DNA from: Botryllus schlosseri
Taxonomy: Eukaryota
Direction: 5' to 3'
Assembly: GCA_051294905.1 (NCBI GenBank)
Contig: CM119372.1
Coordinates: 23,498,001-23,562,000 of the forward strand
Length of the DNA: 64,000 nt
The notes beneath the pieces are model-generated. The model was given only the letters and a program-made list of their open reading frames with translations, did not search any database and was not told the origin of the DNA. This document shows positions 9,258 through 21,457 of this stretch, in pieces. Positions within the stretch are counted from its first letter, which is position 1, and each line of letters opens with the position of its first letter. Made by a program: the position numbers and the translations under genes.

Positions 9258-12200
9258 TTACGCATTCCCTTTCAGAGTTGCCATACCCGCTCTCATCATC
9301 TCATCGACCAGGAGAAGATTGGATGCAATGATTTGACTATAGACAAAGAAAGAATACCTACAGTATTTTATAAAACATAGAAGAGTACCAAATCTTACCA
9401 TGAATTAAGAAGTTGCTTCATAACACAGTAATTGTCCACTATTCCAGCCTCCACTGGGGCCAGCACCTCACCTGTCAAGCGCAGTAAATTTTATACCCAC
9501 TTACTCTCGATTACAATCTACTGATAGAACATGCATTTTCGATAGAACAGCACAACATGCCTCCATCGCGGAGCAAAAAAGGGGAATAGCACACAGGACT
9601 GAAAACCTTTTTCGGTCAGCGGGCGAACGATGCACACAGTTTAGTGATATTGAGGGTGACGTCAGTTTGAGTAGACTGCCAGACCTCGGAAAATAGATCA
9701 TAAGATGTAAAAGTGTGAGCAGATTGAGCACCCTGTTCTAGGTTGTCGCCTATAATCATACAGACCTCATTAAAATCACTTTGCCAGTCAAGACCGTGAA
9801 ATACTACATACAGCATGAAGAGTCGTAAACAAACAGTACACAAATCTGCACATGGATTATTCAATTCATTATTCAATTAGCTGCTCCACAACAATTTGAT
9901 TACGCATATATCTTTGTGCCCTATTGTGAGTCGCATCACGAAAGCGAGTCTTTACAAGTGATAAAATCTACATTGGACACCAGCAGATTATCTCACCAGT
10001 CTGCAGATCAATTCCGACAGGAACCTTCCCTCCATTGACATTGAGTTCATGTTGCAGTTTGACAATAGTCTCCTGGGGATCGAGGCCAGAATTTTGAGCG
10101 AGAACTTTCGGAATCACGAGAAGAGCATCCGCAAACGCCTGCAAGAATCAACGGGATGCAATTGTGCGACAGAGCTCATGGTGTAACTCTAACTTTATTC
10201 TTTCAGCGAGAACCTAATAAGAAGAGCAGTTGATTTTGAAAATTGAAAACTGTGACCATCTAGGGATGACCCAAGGTACTATTTGAAAGCTTGTTTTGTG
10301 TTAAGTGATTGTATTGTTTGTGATTACTTTCAAAGTCTAGATATCCCAAATGGAGCATTCATCTTTAAATCTGTAGTGAAGCTGGAGCAATCCAACATTT
10401 ATGCCTGCTTCAAAGCCCTGGTTTCAAGCCAAAACTAATACAAGAGTTGGTTTTCACCGAAGTTTACAGTAGCAGAACTGCATAAGAGTTTTCACCCAGG
10501 ACATCTAAATATAGCACAACATCAAAATTTCCGAGTCTGAATTACAGACCACTAGTCAGAGCCAGACTGATTCTGCAATTTGGGAATCCGCTCATACTCA
10601 CACTATTCTATACCTGTGCAAGTGTGCAGTAAACTGACAACTTATATTAACGGCAGCAGAGCAGGAGTAGGTATAGGGAGCTACGTTTCCGACATTGAAT
10701 CTTATATGAGCCGAGTCGAAATAAAGCATGTTGCTACAAGCCCAGACCGAGAGCACTAATTGCAATTCATTATATCCACTTTCAGATGGAGATCAGATCA
10801 CAGTTGTCTGAACGGTGAGCCTGAACATAACCTGAGGTGGTCAAAGTAGTCAAGAAATCTACTCAAGTAGAAGTAGCGACAAAAAAATCTGCTCAAGTAT
10901 GAGTAGAAGTATTTCTTTCATAAGCAACCTGAAACTACTTGAAGTAGAATTGACTGACTTTAAATCTACTTGAGTAAGTAGTTGTGAAAATGATCGTAAT
11001 TCATTCGCATGGACTGTCAAAAGCTGCAAATTGAGGTATGCGGAAGGTGTAGCAAGCTTGATTGATATTGATGCATCCCAGGAGGTGTCAATTTTTGACA
11101 GAATAAGCATTCGTCCACATCATGGGATGTAAATCAGTGATTCCCAAACGCGGCCCCCAGATAGTCTTCTTGCGGCCCCCAAAATTTATGCGAGTTTTTC
11201 AAAAATTATTCGCGCTACGCGCTATTTCAATTCGCCACACATAATCTTGATTATTGGGTACTCTTCCCCAAGAAAAAATACGCAAGATTTATAGAAATGG
11301 GAATATGAGCGTTGGCCATGACCGCACCAAGACATAAAGTTTTAGGCCATGTAACATGTGACTCCAAGAAGTGTGTCAGAACGATCGGCGAGAAAGCCTT
11401 TGCCGCAAAGGACTGCTTTTATGATGACCAAAAACTTCGAAATACCAAAAACATCGTTATATAAACACAATACATATAGGTTTAATTGTCCATATAGGCG
11501 CCTAAATGACTGGCGCCGAATGTTCTTGTCTTGGCAATCTGAACCTCACAAGACAAATACCATCCCGCAGGAAAGACAATTATATGCCAGGGAAGAAATA
11601 CCAACCTGAAATCGTGTGATCTTTTAGTTTAGTAGGTTTGGGCAATTCTACATTTTTTGATATAGCAGACAGGAGGTCACGAAATAACATCATGTAAAGA
11701 AGTCATACCTAACCTAGGGGTCCGCCCGCCCGAAGATGTTTAATTTTACGGGGTCTGCAGTTTTTAAGACACCTCTCACTCAGCCCTACCAGTAAATCTG
11801 ATTACGTGGGCAAAGAGGACAACCATGCAATTCCCGATCTTATTGACCGATTTTATCATGAATTATCGAAATATTCGCGCATCGCGCTGTCTCACTAAAC
11901 AGTACAACTTTAATTTCGTGGCAAAAAGCGAACAACGTGATCTGGGGTCAGTTTATCACCCTATGGGAGCCCGGGATCCTGACGAAGTGCTGTTACGTTC
12001 CTGCCAACGGGTATACCCCCTGAGATGTTTAATTACTATTGAGGGGGCCTATACCTTTTCAAACACACCTCACTCAGCTCTACCGGTAAATCAGATTACG
12101 TGAACAGAGACAGGATGAAAATTGATAGCAATACATGCAATTCCCGATCATATTGACCGATTCAGTGATGAAACTAAAGAAATTTATCGCGCTTCGCGCG

Positions 12201-15200
12201 TTTAGGCGAGAAAAGCTGATTCACTTAACTGACACCAAATGCAGCAGATAAGTAGCGGTAAACAGTGTACACACTGTACTCTGTACAGTTTTGAAATTTC
12301 GTCAGGGCAATAAAACTACTCCGAAATAGCCATGATGACTGTTTGGGTCCGTTTCATAGCTGTGGTATTCGTGCGGCCCCGACCGTACTCTGAAATTCTA
12401 AATTTGGCCCGCACACCGAAAAAGTTTGGGAACCACTGATGTAAATGATATGGAAATGCGATACTAATTCTTTGTTTACCGTACTTGAACACCCCGTTTT
12501 AAACAATATTATGGCATGGCACACTCCCCCATATTATAAGGCCCCCAAGTTACGTCAAAGAGCAATACGGAGAAGTTGTGTCGAATACGGCTTCAACAGT
12601 TTGCGCTATTAGTATACGTTGATTAAAAATATGGCAGATCGTAAAAATGCCATATAGTGTATAGCTTTATTTTCGGAAAATATCAGGCATTACTACAATC
12701 AACATGTATGTTTTCCAGACAAAAGAAGAGAAACTATAATCAGAATTCAACGTATAATACTCGTAATTGAAAGAAAAATACAAATGATGCTTCTAAAAAG
12801 TGGAAAATATATTTCATGTCTTTTTTCCAGAAAGTTTCACCGGTGGTCTGCTGAAAACAGCCCCGAAATTACTCAGGCTATCTTTCTTATTTGAGGATTA
12901 AACTACTTCTACTTGAGAAACTGAAAATAGTGATAAGTAAGTAGTTCAAAAAATATTACAAAGTAGAAGTAGCGAAAAAAATATCTACTTGAGTAAGTAC
13001 CTGAAGAAGAGGAAAACTACTTGAGTACTTCGAAAAAGTAGAAGTACTTCGTTACTGACCACCTCTGAACATAACACACCGTAACTAGCAGCAAAATGGA
13101 AAATCCATTACTTGGACGCCCAACTGAGCTCTTCCTTTCACAGTCGGCTTGTATTTCAACAGTTCGGAATGAGCGGCGATTTCGAATGCGCCGGCTCCAG
13201 GCACGACGCAGCCTAAAAAGTAAAAGACAGTTAAGTAAGTGCGTGCAAAATCACCACAGAAAAAAAATCAACTTGCCATCTTCAATCGCGTTCTTCACGG
13301 CGCGCAGGCCGTCTCTGACGGCGTCCTTGATTTGCGTGATGGTGTGCTTGTTGGGACCTCGCACGAGAATGGTGACGCTCTGCGGGTTGGCGCATTTCTC
13401 CACGAAAGTGTACTTGCTCTCGCCCTGCAGGGTCAAGAATCACGTTAATCCTAGCAAAAAGAGGCTGTACGCAGAATGGACTCACAAGAACGTGTTCGTA
13501 CACCAGACCGGCCTTGCCCAGACAGTCCGGTGTCAATTCGTCAAATGAGTTCATAGCCATGCCGCCACACGCAAGGACGAGACGCTCCATGTTTCTGCAA
13601 CAAAGTAAAGTTGAGGCATGTGCATACATACTTGCATACCCCCAAGCACGCTTTACCTGCGTTTCGCTCTTCTCAGCGCGACGATACCGTTCTTGGCGAG
13701 CATGTCGAGAGACATCGGGTCGATACCCTGCAGACGGGAAATACCGTGAAAATAGCATCGCGAGGATGTAACAAATCGGGCAGCGTTTATATTAACAATC
13801 AGAGACGGCTTAAGTAGTCAATGTTTCAAGCCATAGAGTCGGCAATACAAAATTCTAACCGATTACAAGCAAGACTGGGGTGTTGTTTTACTAAACCACC
13901 GACTCCGGACATTTTCAATGCACCAAATACTTTCCGCACAAAATTCCGACTTTCACATTAGGGCCTCTGGCGGGGCTGCTGATTGACCTGTTTCAACGAG
14001 CTCGGCCAGTAGTATAAACATCGGTGGCTAGGAAATTTGGGCCGCTCCATGACTCGCGGCGCGTGATAGTGCTATCATTGTTTGATGTGATGTTTTAATG
14101 TTGTGAAGTTATAGTCATGGCCTGGACAATTCGCAATTGTCACTTTTGCACCGTGAAAGCATTTGGGAATGCTTTTAGATTGTCAGCCTGAGTCGGGCCA
14201 CTGTTATTTACGAGATACAATCGCACAAGCTTGAGCATTAATTGGTCTTTACCATCTCCATACACCAAAAATACACCATCTTGGCAGACAGTATATATCA
14301 CATCAATTTAAACAAAATTAATCCAGATCATGTGCAAAAACAGACTGAACAATTGATACAAACGGCAACATGCTATAATTCAATAGCTAATCTTCACTGT
14401 TCGTATTTGAGCACAAAATGGAGAGATCTCCAGCTGCGCTGTAATTTGATCTGAGCTCTTGATAACAACCTCGCTTTGGTAATTGAGGTCAACATACCTA
14501 GTGGCAGTTATCTTAGCTTATGTGTTGTGGTGCTGTATTAGTACAACTTAGTTTGTAGATGCGAATGAAATAGTCACAAATGAGGGATATTATGTCTAAC
14601 CGTTGTAATATCTGAATTTATGCATACTTTAACCCGATCAATCGGTTAGAACTTGGAACATCATTTTTTGAAGCATTATCCTCTTATAAAAAATATCCTC
14701 CGTTTTTTCTCGGCTGGATGCGCCTCTGCTACAACAGCACTGCTTAGGAAAAATTCGAGAACATTTGGCACGATTCTAAATTTGGAGTGGGAGTAGAAGT
14801 AGGCTACTTCGTTATTGACCATCTCGACAATACCAACCTTCTGATTGACAACGACGAAACCGACATCGCCGTCTCCGCTACCTTTCACAATCTGAAACGC
14901 ACGTGTTTAACAGTAATGGCACCGCATCAGACTAGATTTGGTAGATTTGGATGCCGTTACCTGCTTTTTAAGGGCGATTACTTGCGCGACTTTGTCGTCG
15001 GTGAATTTCCTTTCGGCGGCCACTAGCTTTTCCCGTTCTTCCGCAGACTTGTAGAAAAAGCCGGAGTTGACTTCGCTGAAGAAAACATATCCGGAAAATA
15101 AACATCCTTCTAGATTTCTTCCGTGTGTACTTCGGTGTCATTTAACAACCATATTCATAAATTCCTGGGATCACAACAATCGCGATACGATGAAAAGGTA

Positions 15201-17631
15201 ATGAAGTCAAGGAATGAAACTTAACGCCTCTGTCGACAAATATAGCAACACAGATATGAGAACGTCTTAAAAAGAGACACACATACTCGATGAGAAATAG
15301 ACTACAGAATTGGACGAAGAGGGGTGTTTCAGGATGGGGTAGATGGGTAAGCTGAGAGCGCAGTGGATATTTGCTCGAAACATCATCGAAAATATATACA
15401 AATATCCAAAGTTTCCTACCTCTTCTCATACTCCATGGACACGTTGCACGTGAGAATGTAGGCATTTTCAACTCTCTTCTTCATGTCGGGATGTCGCGCT
15501 CCGTGGTCCATGACCAGGCCTCTGACAAGTTTCGTGTCGGAGTCTACTCTGTGCTGCATTTCCATTATCTCGACCATGTGAAGGTTAATAGGTTCGTTTT
15601 CTTTCTTTACTGCCAACACGGCGTCGACAACAACCTGTGACATTTACATAATTCATTAAAATCTTTCAAAATATTTCCATTCTCCTTCCGCCATGCCCAT
15701 GCCACAGAGGATCAATGATCCGAATTATGGTTTGACTAAAGTTCTTATGCCAGAGGCCTGTTCTGCAGCAACCCTACCAGTTTTCACAGGCTTTAAACCT
15801 GTACTGGAATGGAATTTGCTTGCTGTTTATAGGGGTAGATTTGAACGCAAGCCACCAGATTGCCAGGTTTTCTCTCTAGCCGCTCAGCTACAGTGGCTGC
15901 TATGGAATCCATTGAAATAAGAGACGGAATGGTGTAGTGAATTTGACGAGTGGAAATTTACACTGCTAATTATTTAATCTCTGTCAGCTAACCGATTAAT
16001 TTACTGAGCTTGTACATGACGGGTAATACTGACTTGGGAAAATTTCTTCTGGTAACAGTATGTTGCCTTCGGAAGAGACTAATCGATACCAATTCCAAAA
16101 CTAAAAGCACAGTGACATCGTGTAATGGAGTGACGCTTTAGATATAAACGGGTGAGAAACAATGTCGTATTCCTGTACTAGATGCATTGACCACACAAGT
16201 CATAAGTCCAGCTGGCAGTGACTGGTCTACAATATAATTTATGGGCCTAGATATCATCAAAGGTTTCAAGTTCAAGGAGTGAAATTATGAACGAAAGAAT
16301 ACCAGTTTTAACAAGTCAGAATAAAAACAGTACGACATCTAGCCACCAAATACCTCGGTCAACTTTTCAGCAAGCTGATGATGAACTTTTGTGGCCAGGG
16401 AAGTGCGCGCAACGTTAATCAGCTCATCACGGGTCATTTCCTTCATGATTTTCAAAGAATCGAGAATCTCTTCTGCCTTCTTTTTAGCGAGTTCAAAACC
16501 CTCCGTGATAATTCGCGGATGGACACCCTGCCGAAATTCATTGTCAAATATAGCGGCGCAGAGTAACGAACATTGAAGCTACCTCGTTGACGTATAAATC
16601 AGCTTGTTTCAAGAGCTCGCCGATGATGAGCACGTTCGAAGTTGTTCCGTCTCCTGTGATATCATCTTGCGCAGTCGCGACCTGTAAGGTTCACAACTAA
16701 TTTAACATTTTCAAATGAAAAATAAAAAAGTTTCACCTTCCAGCACCACTTATCACAAAGTTGTAAAGCCCTGGGTCTGAGTGGAATTGGTCATTGGTGG
16801 CAACGTCAGGCTTATTTTTCTGTGTAATTACTTGATTATCCAATGCAAAAGAAACCCTTCTGTCATGCGCCACTTATTGCCACAGGGATCAACCTTTTTG
16901 ACAAGGTGGCCAGCCCAGATAGAGATAATGTGGCAAGACTGCGACCCGGCAATAGGTGTTCTAGTAGTTTCAAAGCTCAATGTCTCTTAAATATGTTCAC
17001 GGCGATGGCAAGGATTATATAATAGCCTACTACTCATTACTATGATTTTTACCTGTAATTGACAGCACGGAAAAATGATAAAGTTATTGGATTACAGTAA
17101 TTTTTATCAGTCCGCATCCACATGTTAAAGTGATATTAGTTTTTATCTATTTGTCTTAGTCTACTTGAGCTTGGGTATAAAATCTACTTGAGCTTGGGTA
17201 TAAAATATATAAGGCTATAAAAGGAAAATTGGAAACCATTTGAGATAGGTGAGTTGCACACCCCTACGCCATAAAATTACACCAGATAAACTTCCTATAG
17301 GCTATAAAGGTTGGAAGTTAGAATGATTGTCAAACCTTCGCAATCAAACTAGCGGTCGGATGTTGTATCTGCATTTCGTTCAATAGTACGTTTCCGTCTT
17401 TTGTAAGTTTGATATCACCAGCTCCTGATACAAGCCTGAAAATTATGGGATATGAAATTGAATCAAGTACGGTAATGGAATACTTCGTCCTCACATCTTC
17501 ATAGTTCCTTTCGGTCCAAGGTTTGTTCGTAATACATCTTGAAGACCTTTTGCAGCATTGATATTAATCGCTAGGGCTTGCGTAGATCGGGCAACCTCTG
17601 CCTTTGGATTGAGAGATTTGATAGCCGCCAT
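9258..17631 (-). CDS. CCT6: T-complex protein 1 subunit zeta (CCT6), 14 coding exons, 538 aa
   Basis: Exons 17495-17631, 17336-17435, 16583-16681, 16354-16527, 15420-15634, 14961-15075, 14838-14891, 13657-13727, 13486-13594, 13277-13424, 13112-13212, 9997-10138, 9399-9471, 9258-9336 sum to 1617 nt in one frame. Motifs [47 protein letters not shown]. Confidence 0.97.
10832..13067. mobile_element. hAT-type MITE (CAGAGGTGGTCA family) in CCT6 intron 11
   Basis: TIR CTGAGGTGGTCA / TGACCACCTCTG; perfect 8-bp TSD AACATAAC at 10824-10831 and 13068-13075; AGTAGAAGTAG subterminal repeats. Confidence 0.9.
11135..12438. mobile_element. hAT-type MITE nested in the 10832-13067 element
   Basis: TIR CAGTGATTCCCAAAC / GTTTGGGAACCACTG; perfect TSD ATGTAAAT. 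Confidence 0.92.
13819..13963 (-). ncRNA. Candidate intronic H/ACA snoRNA (CCT6 intron 7)
   Basis: 145 nt with hairpin - AAAACA (H box, 13884-13889) - hairpin - ACA(N3) layout. The 5' hairpin carries UCGGAAUU and CCGGA, complementary to 18S UCUGG-U-U-AAUUCCGA. Folded by eye only. Confidence 0.4.
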
Positions 17632-18085
17632 TTTTCCAACTGTTAATCAAGTAATTCTGCAAACTATAAGTTGAAGTTCATGAAATCACTGAAAGTTGGT
17701 GCGTATAGTATAGACTTCATTCAACTAGATACATTCAACACCAGTTTACAAAAGCGAAACTATCAAATTTACTGAACTAGGATTCTGCTGTGCTAAGCTC
17801 CCGTGACAAAAGTATTGGTCACGCCTATACTGTACATGTACAGCTGTTAACTTGTCCGGCACAAATAAATGCTATCATTCCATTCAACAATCTAAGGCGA
17901 TGGTAGACTTGTTATTTACTGAATAATTGAACATAACAGTAAATATAGACACATAATTTTCGAGTATTCCGGATAACTACATGAATTAGAACGAATCTAG
18001 ATTCAGCTTCAACAAAAACATGTGCCGTTATCGCTTGACTTCATAACCAACGGCCCACGCTCTACGGTTCGGTGAACATGGAAGT

Positions 18086-18100
18086 TTTCCAGAACATTCG
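18086..18100. promoter_or_regulatory. Heat-shock element upstream of CCT6
   Basis: tTTCc-aGAAc-aTTCg, three perfect alternating nGAAn units about 455 bp upstream of the ATG. Confidence 0.55.
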
Positions 18101-18399
18101 TTTTCATTGATCAATAAGGCAATCCACTGGTAGTTTATTATGAATATGTACCATGGAATCAAATCAACATAGTACCGATGAAAAATCATTCTCAAGACAT
18201 TAGTGACATTGGAAAATTTATTATTGATACCAAATTTGGGAATATGCCTTGCCTATTTTGATCCGCTCAAGGCAATTTAGAATACGGTCCCGGCAAGACG
18301 GTGTAATGAACAGATAAATTCGGGTTACCACATGCCCTCCGTTACGAGTATTTGTCCTCCTTTTTCAGGAAATTGGAAATGTCCTCCAAGGACGCCTAA

Positions 18400-18643
18400 A
18401 TGTGTGGAACAGTATCCCGCCGGCCATCCGACAGTCGACGAGCATGTCCACATTCAAGTCGAAATACAAGCAATTACTATTAAATAAATACAGTCCATCC
18501 TCAAGATTACCGGACCACGAATGACCTATCGATCTCGCTTCCCATGACATGCCGCCCTATTCTTGTCGCTTTCTATTTCTATACTGTCTTCTTTACTTTC
18601 ATTCAGTGTGCATGTGCATGCCTCCTCTTTACATCGCCTAGTC
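18400..18643 (+). mobile_element. CR1/L2-type LINE 3' end
   Basis: Translates [26 protein letters not shown], then the shared 3' UTR. Confidence 0.8.
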
Positions 18644-20165
18644 CAGTGGTTCCCAACGTGGGCGATATCGGCCCCAGGGGGCGATTTGGCGGTCTAGGGA
18701 GCGAAAATAACGAAGGGGGCGATAGGGGGCGAAAACGGACGAAGGGGGCGATAGGGGGCGAAAACGGACGAAGGGGGCGATAGGGGGCGATGACGCGTTA
18801 AAACGGCTATATTGGATTCAGGACCGTAATTGCCTCACCCCAAACCCCCAATTGGGGGTGGAGGGCCCGAACTCGAAGGAGGCCCAAAATTATTTCTTGA
18901 ATTAACATAAATTACAGAGTAATTTTTTTGAAATTCATGCAACATTTACAAAAATTTTTCGCGCTGGGCGCGATAGAATATGGCCATATATTTTGATTTT
19001 GGGGTAGGCTACCCGTCACCAAACAAAAATAGACGCATAATTTATGGGAATGGAAGAATTCGGCGTCGGCCGTTACTGCACCACGACGCACCAAGACATA
19101 TGAAGTTATGATGAGCCATGTAACATGCGACTCCGAGAAGTGTGCCTTAACGATCAGCAGCGAGAAGACCTTGGCCGAAAAGGAACGCTCTTGTGATGAC
19201 CGAAAACTTCGGTATATATATATATATAAATGTTTAATCGTCCACATAGACGCTTCAATGGCTGGCGTCGAATGTTCCTGTCCTGGCGACCTGAGCCCTA
19301 CAGGTCAAATGCCATCCCGCAGGGAAAAAATTATTTGCCAGTAAAGAAATACCAATTTGAAATCATGCGTGTCTATTAGTTTGGTACGTTTTGGCGATTT
19401 CCGTATCTTGTGACATAGCAGATATAGGAGGTCACGAAATAGCATCATGTAACGAAGTCAATATATCAACGATTCCGGCCGAAGATGTTTAATTAATATT
19501 TAGGGGTCCTACCTTTTCCAACATTCCTCACTCAGCTCTACCGGTAAATCTGAATACGTGAGCAGAGAGAGGATAAAAAATTGATACCAATATATAGGCC
19601 TATGCAATTCCCGACCAAATATTGACCGATTCAAACATGAATTATATAAATTTCTAGCGCTTCGCGCGTTTAGGCGACGTACGGTGACTCACCAAACAGT
19701 ACATGAAATAGGGTATGTATGTAGGCTATAAGGGGTTTTATGGTGCTCGACTACTAAGGTCTTGTGCACCATGCAGGCCCGGGTGAGCTAATAGTTGAAT
19801 GAAATAGGGTATAGCTGATGATATGTAGCGACAAACAGCCCACTGACTGAGGGGGGTCTGGGGTTTGGTTTTGCACCCTGTGGGGCCAAAGACCAATGTT
19901 TTTTTTGGGGGGGGGGCTGACGAAGTGCTGTTACGGTGATGATTAGAGTCAAGTCGGAGTAATGACCTTTTTTAGTCAACTCACGAAAATTTAGCTGTAA
20001 AAGTGTAATTTCGAGGTCGAGCCGAAAAGTTAGCCTTTTTTTATTGGTCAACTCGCCGGTGATCCCAGTTTATATGCCCATTTTCGGTTCTCAATATTTG
20101 GGGGGCGATGATCCATGTGGAGCTTCAAAAGGGGGCGATGAGTCGAAAAAGGTTGGGAACCACTG
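18644..20165. mobile_element. hAT-type MITE with GGGGGCGA subterminal repeats
   Basis: TIR CAGTGGTTCCCAAC / GTTGGGAACCACTG; tandem GGGGGCGATAGGGGGCGAAAACGGACGAA units near 18715-18790. Flanks (GCCTAGTC / GTTTAAAC) do not form a TSD. Confidence 0.85.
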
Positions 20166-21268
20166 GTTTAAACGGTGGTCTGATAAAACAGGTCAAATGT
20201 TGAAAAAAAGTCAAAGTCCACTTTCCAGATAAGGAAACGTCATGGGCAGCTAGGTATAATAGGTTATTGCTAGATTGCGAAACAATAGTTTCAAACGTTA
20301 TGGGTGGCCGGCCATACTTACTGTGATGCAATATTTGGTATAGGCGACAATGCAGTGTGAACAGATGAACCACGCAACCCGGTATCTAAATGATATTCAG
20401 CGATACTTTCGTTAGAACATATTTGTCACTCCATATCTACTGTGAGCGAAGCGCAACGAAAATTCTGGGTATTACATGACTTTTATGAAAATTAAATGTT
20501 GGTACTACGCAGGGTTGTAATGACTCGAGTCATGACTCGACTCGAGTCAGACTCGAGTCACGATTTTCGGATGACTCGACTCGAGTCATTTTCTCAAAAT
20601 ACGGAATGACTCGACTCGATTCGAGTCAATCTGTGTATTGACTCGACTTGGACTGGAGTCATTGCGCATGACTCGAAGCAAGTCATTGACTCGAGAATCA
20701 GACGGCGAAGACCGACATTTCATTGTAATTTCGAAACCAACACACTATTGGGATTTCGTTTGTTGGTACTGGTGCTTGAAAATGAGACCAGAAACTGCTA
20801 AAAGTGAGGAAAATTGATATATTATGAATGCGAACCATTCAATATCACCAAACAGAGTTAAAAAAAAAAGTGGGTACAAGAAGACTTTAACAGGAAACTG
20901 AGCAGTCAACGAAATGACTTGGACTCGGACTCGAGTCATAATGCCATGACTCGGACTCGATGCTCTGTTCGCTGACTTGGACTCGGACTTGACTTGGTGG
21001 GAATTGAAAATGACTCGACTTGACTCGAGTCAAAAAGATAAAAGTGAGATTGACTTGTGACTCGGAGCCTTGTGACTTGCCCAGCAAACACCTGACGTCC
21101 AGTTGACTTCCGGTGGAATAGCAGGCCGGACATCCGGTTACTTCCTGCCGTTACCTCCCTGGATTGGATTTGTCGACAACTAGAGACGTCCTGTCCACTC
21201 TCTGAGTACGTCCGCAATGACGTGTTGTGGACATGAAGCGACTCCTCATGGACTCGTCTGACCTAGCC

Positions 21269-21457
21269 TGGACGTCACGTGGTTCCCTATGGACGCGCCT
21301 GACGTACTGTGGACGTCACGTGGTTCACTAATGGACGCGCCTGACGTACTGTGGACATGGTGCCACTCCCTACTGACACGCCTCACGTACTGTGGACATG
21401 GCGCCACTCCCTACTGACACGCCTCACGTACTGTGGACATGACGTCACTCCCTATGG
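21269..21457. repeat. Subterminal tandem array of 41-42 bp units (about 4.6 copies)
   Basis: Units start at 21269, 21310, 21352, 21393 and 21434 (TGGAC...CACGTACTG). Confidence 0.9.

Noticed and set aside
9560-9830. Hairpins in CCT6 intron 12 tested as snoRNAs
   Set aside because: No H box in the right position and no rRNA target found by eye.
10310-10500. Branched hairpins with a terminal ACA in CCT6 intron 11
   Set aside because: H box imperfect (ATAAAT) and no guide pocket target identified.
14118-14200. Multi-hairpin TGGCC...GGCCA segment in CCT6 intron 7
   Set aside because: Folds plausibly but matches no snRNA, ribozyme or snoRNA box pattern I know.
16750-16930. H-box and ACA-flanked stems in CCT6 intron 2
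   Set aside because: The upper stem of the 3' hairpin does not form.
17160-17205. Exact 23-bp tandem duplication
   Set aside because: Simple local slippage in an intron; no further structure.
20510-21075. Regularly spaced GACTCGAGTC and GTAATC repeats considered as a CRISPR-like or coded array
   Set aside because: These are subterminal repeats of TIR- and TSD-bounded MITEs in a eukaryotic context, with no unique constant-length spacers.
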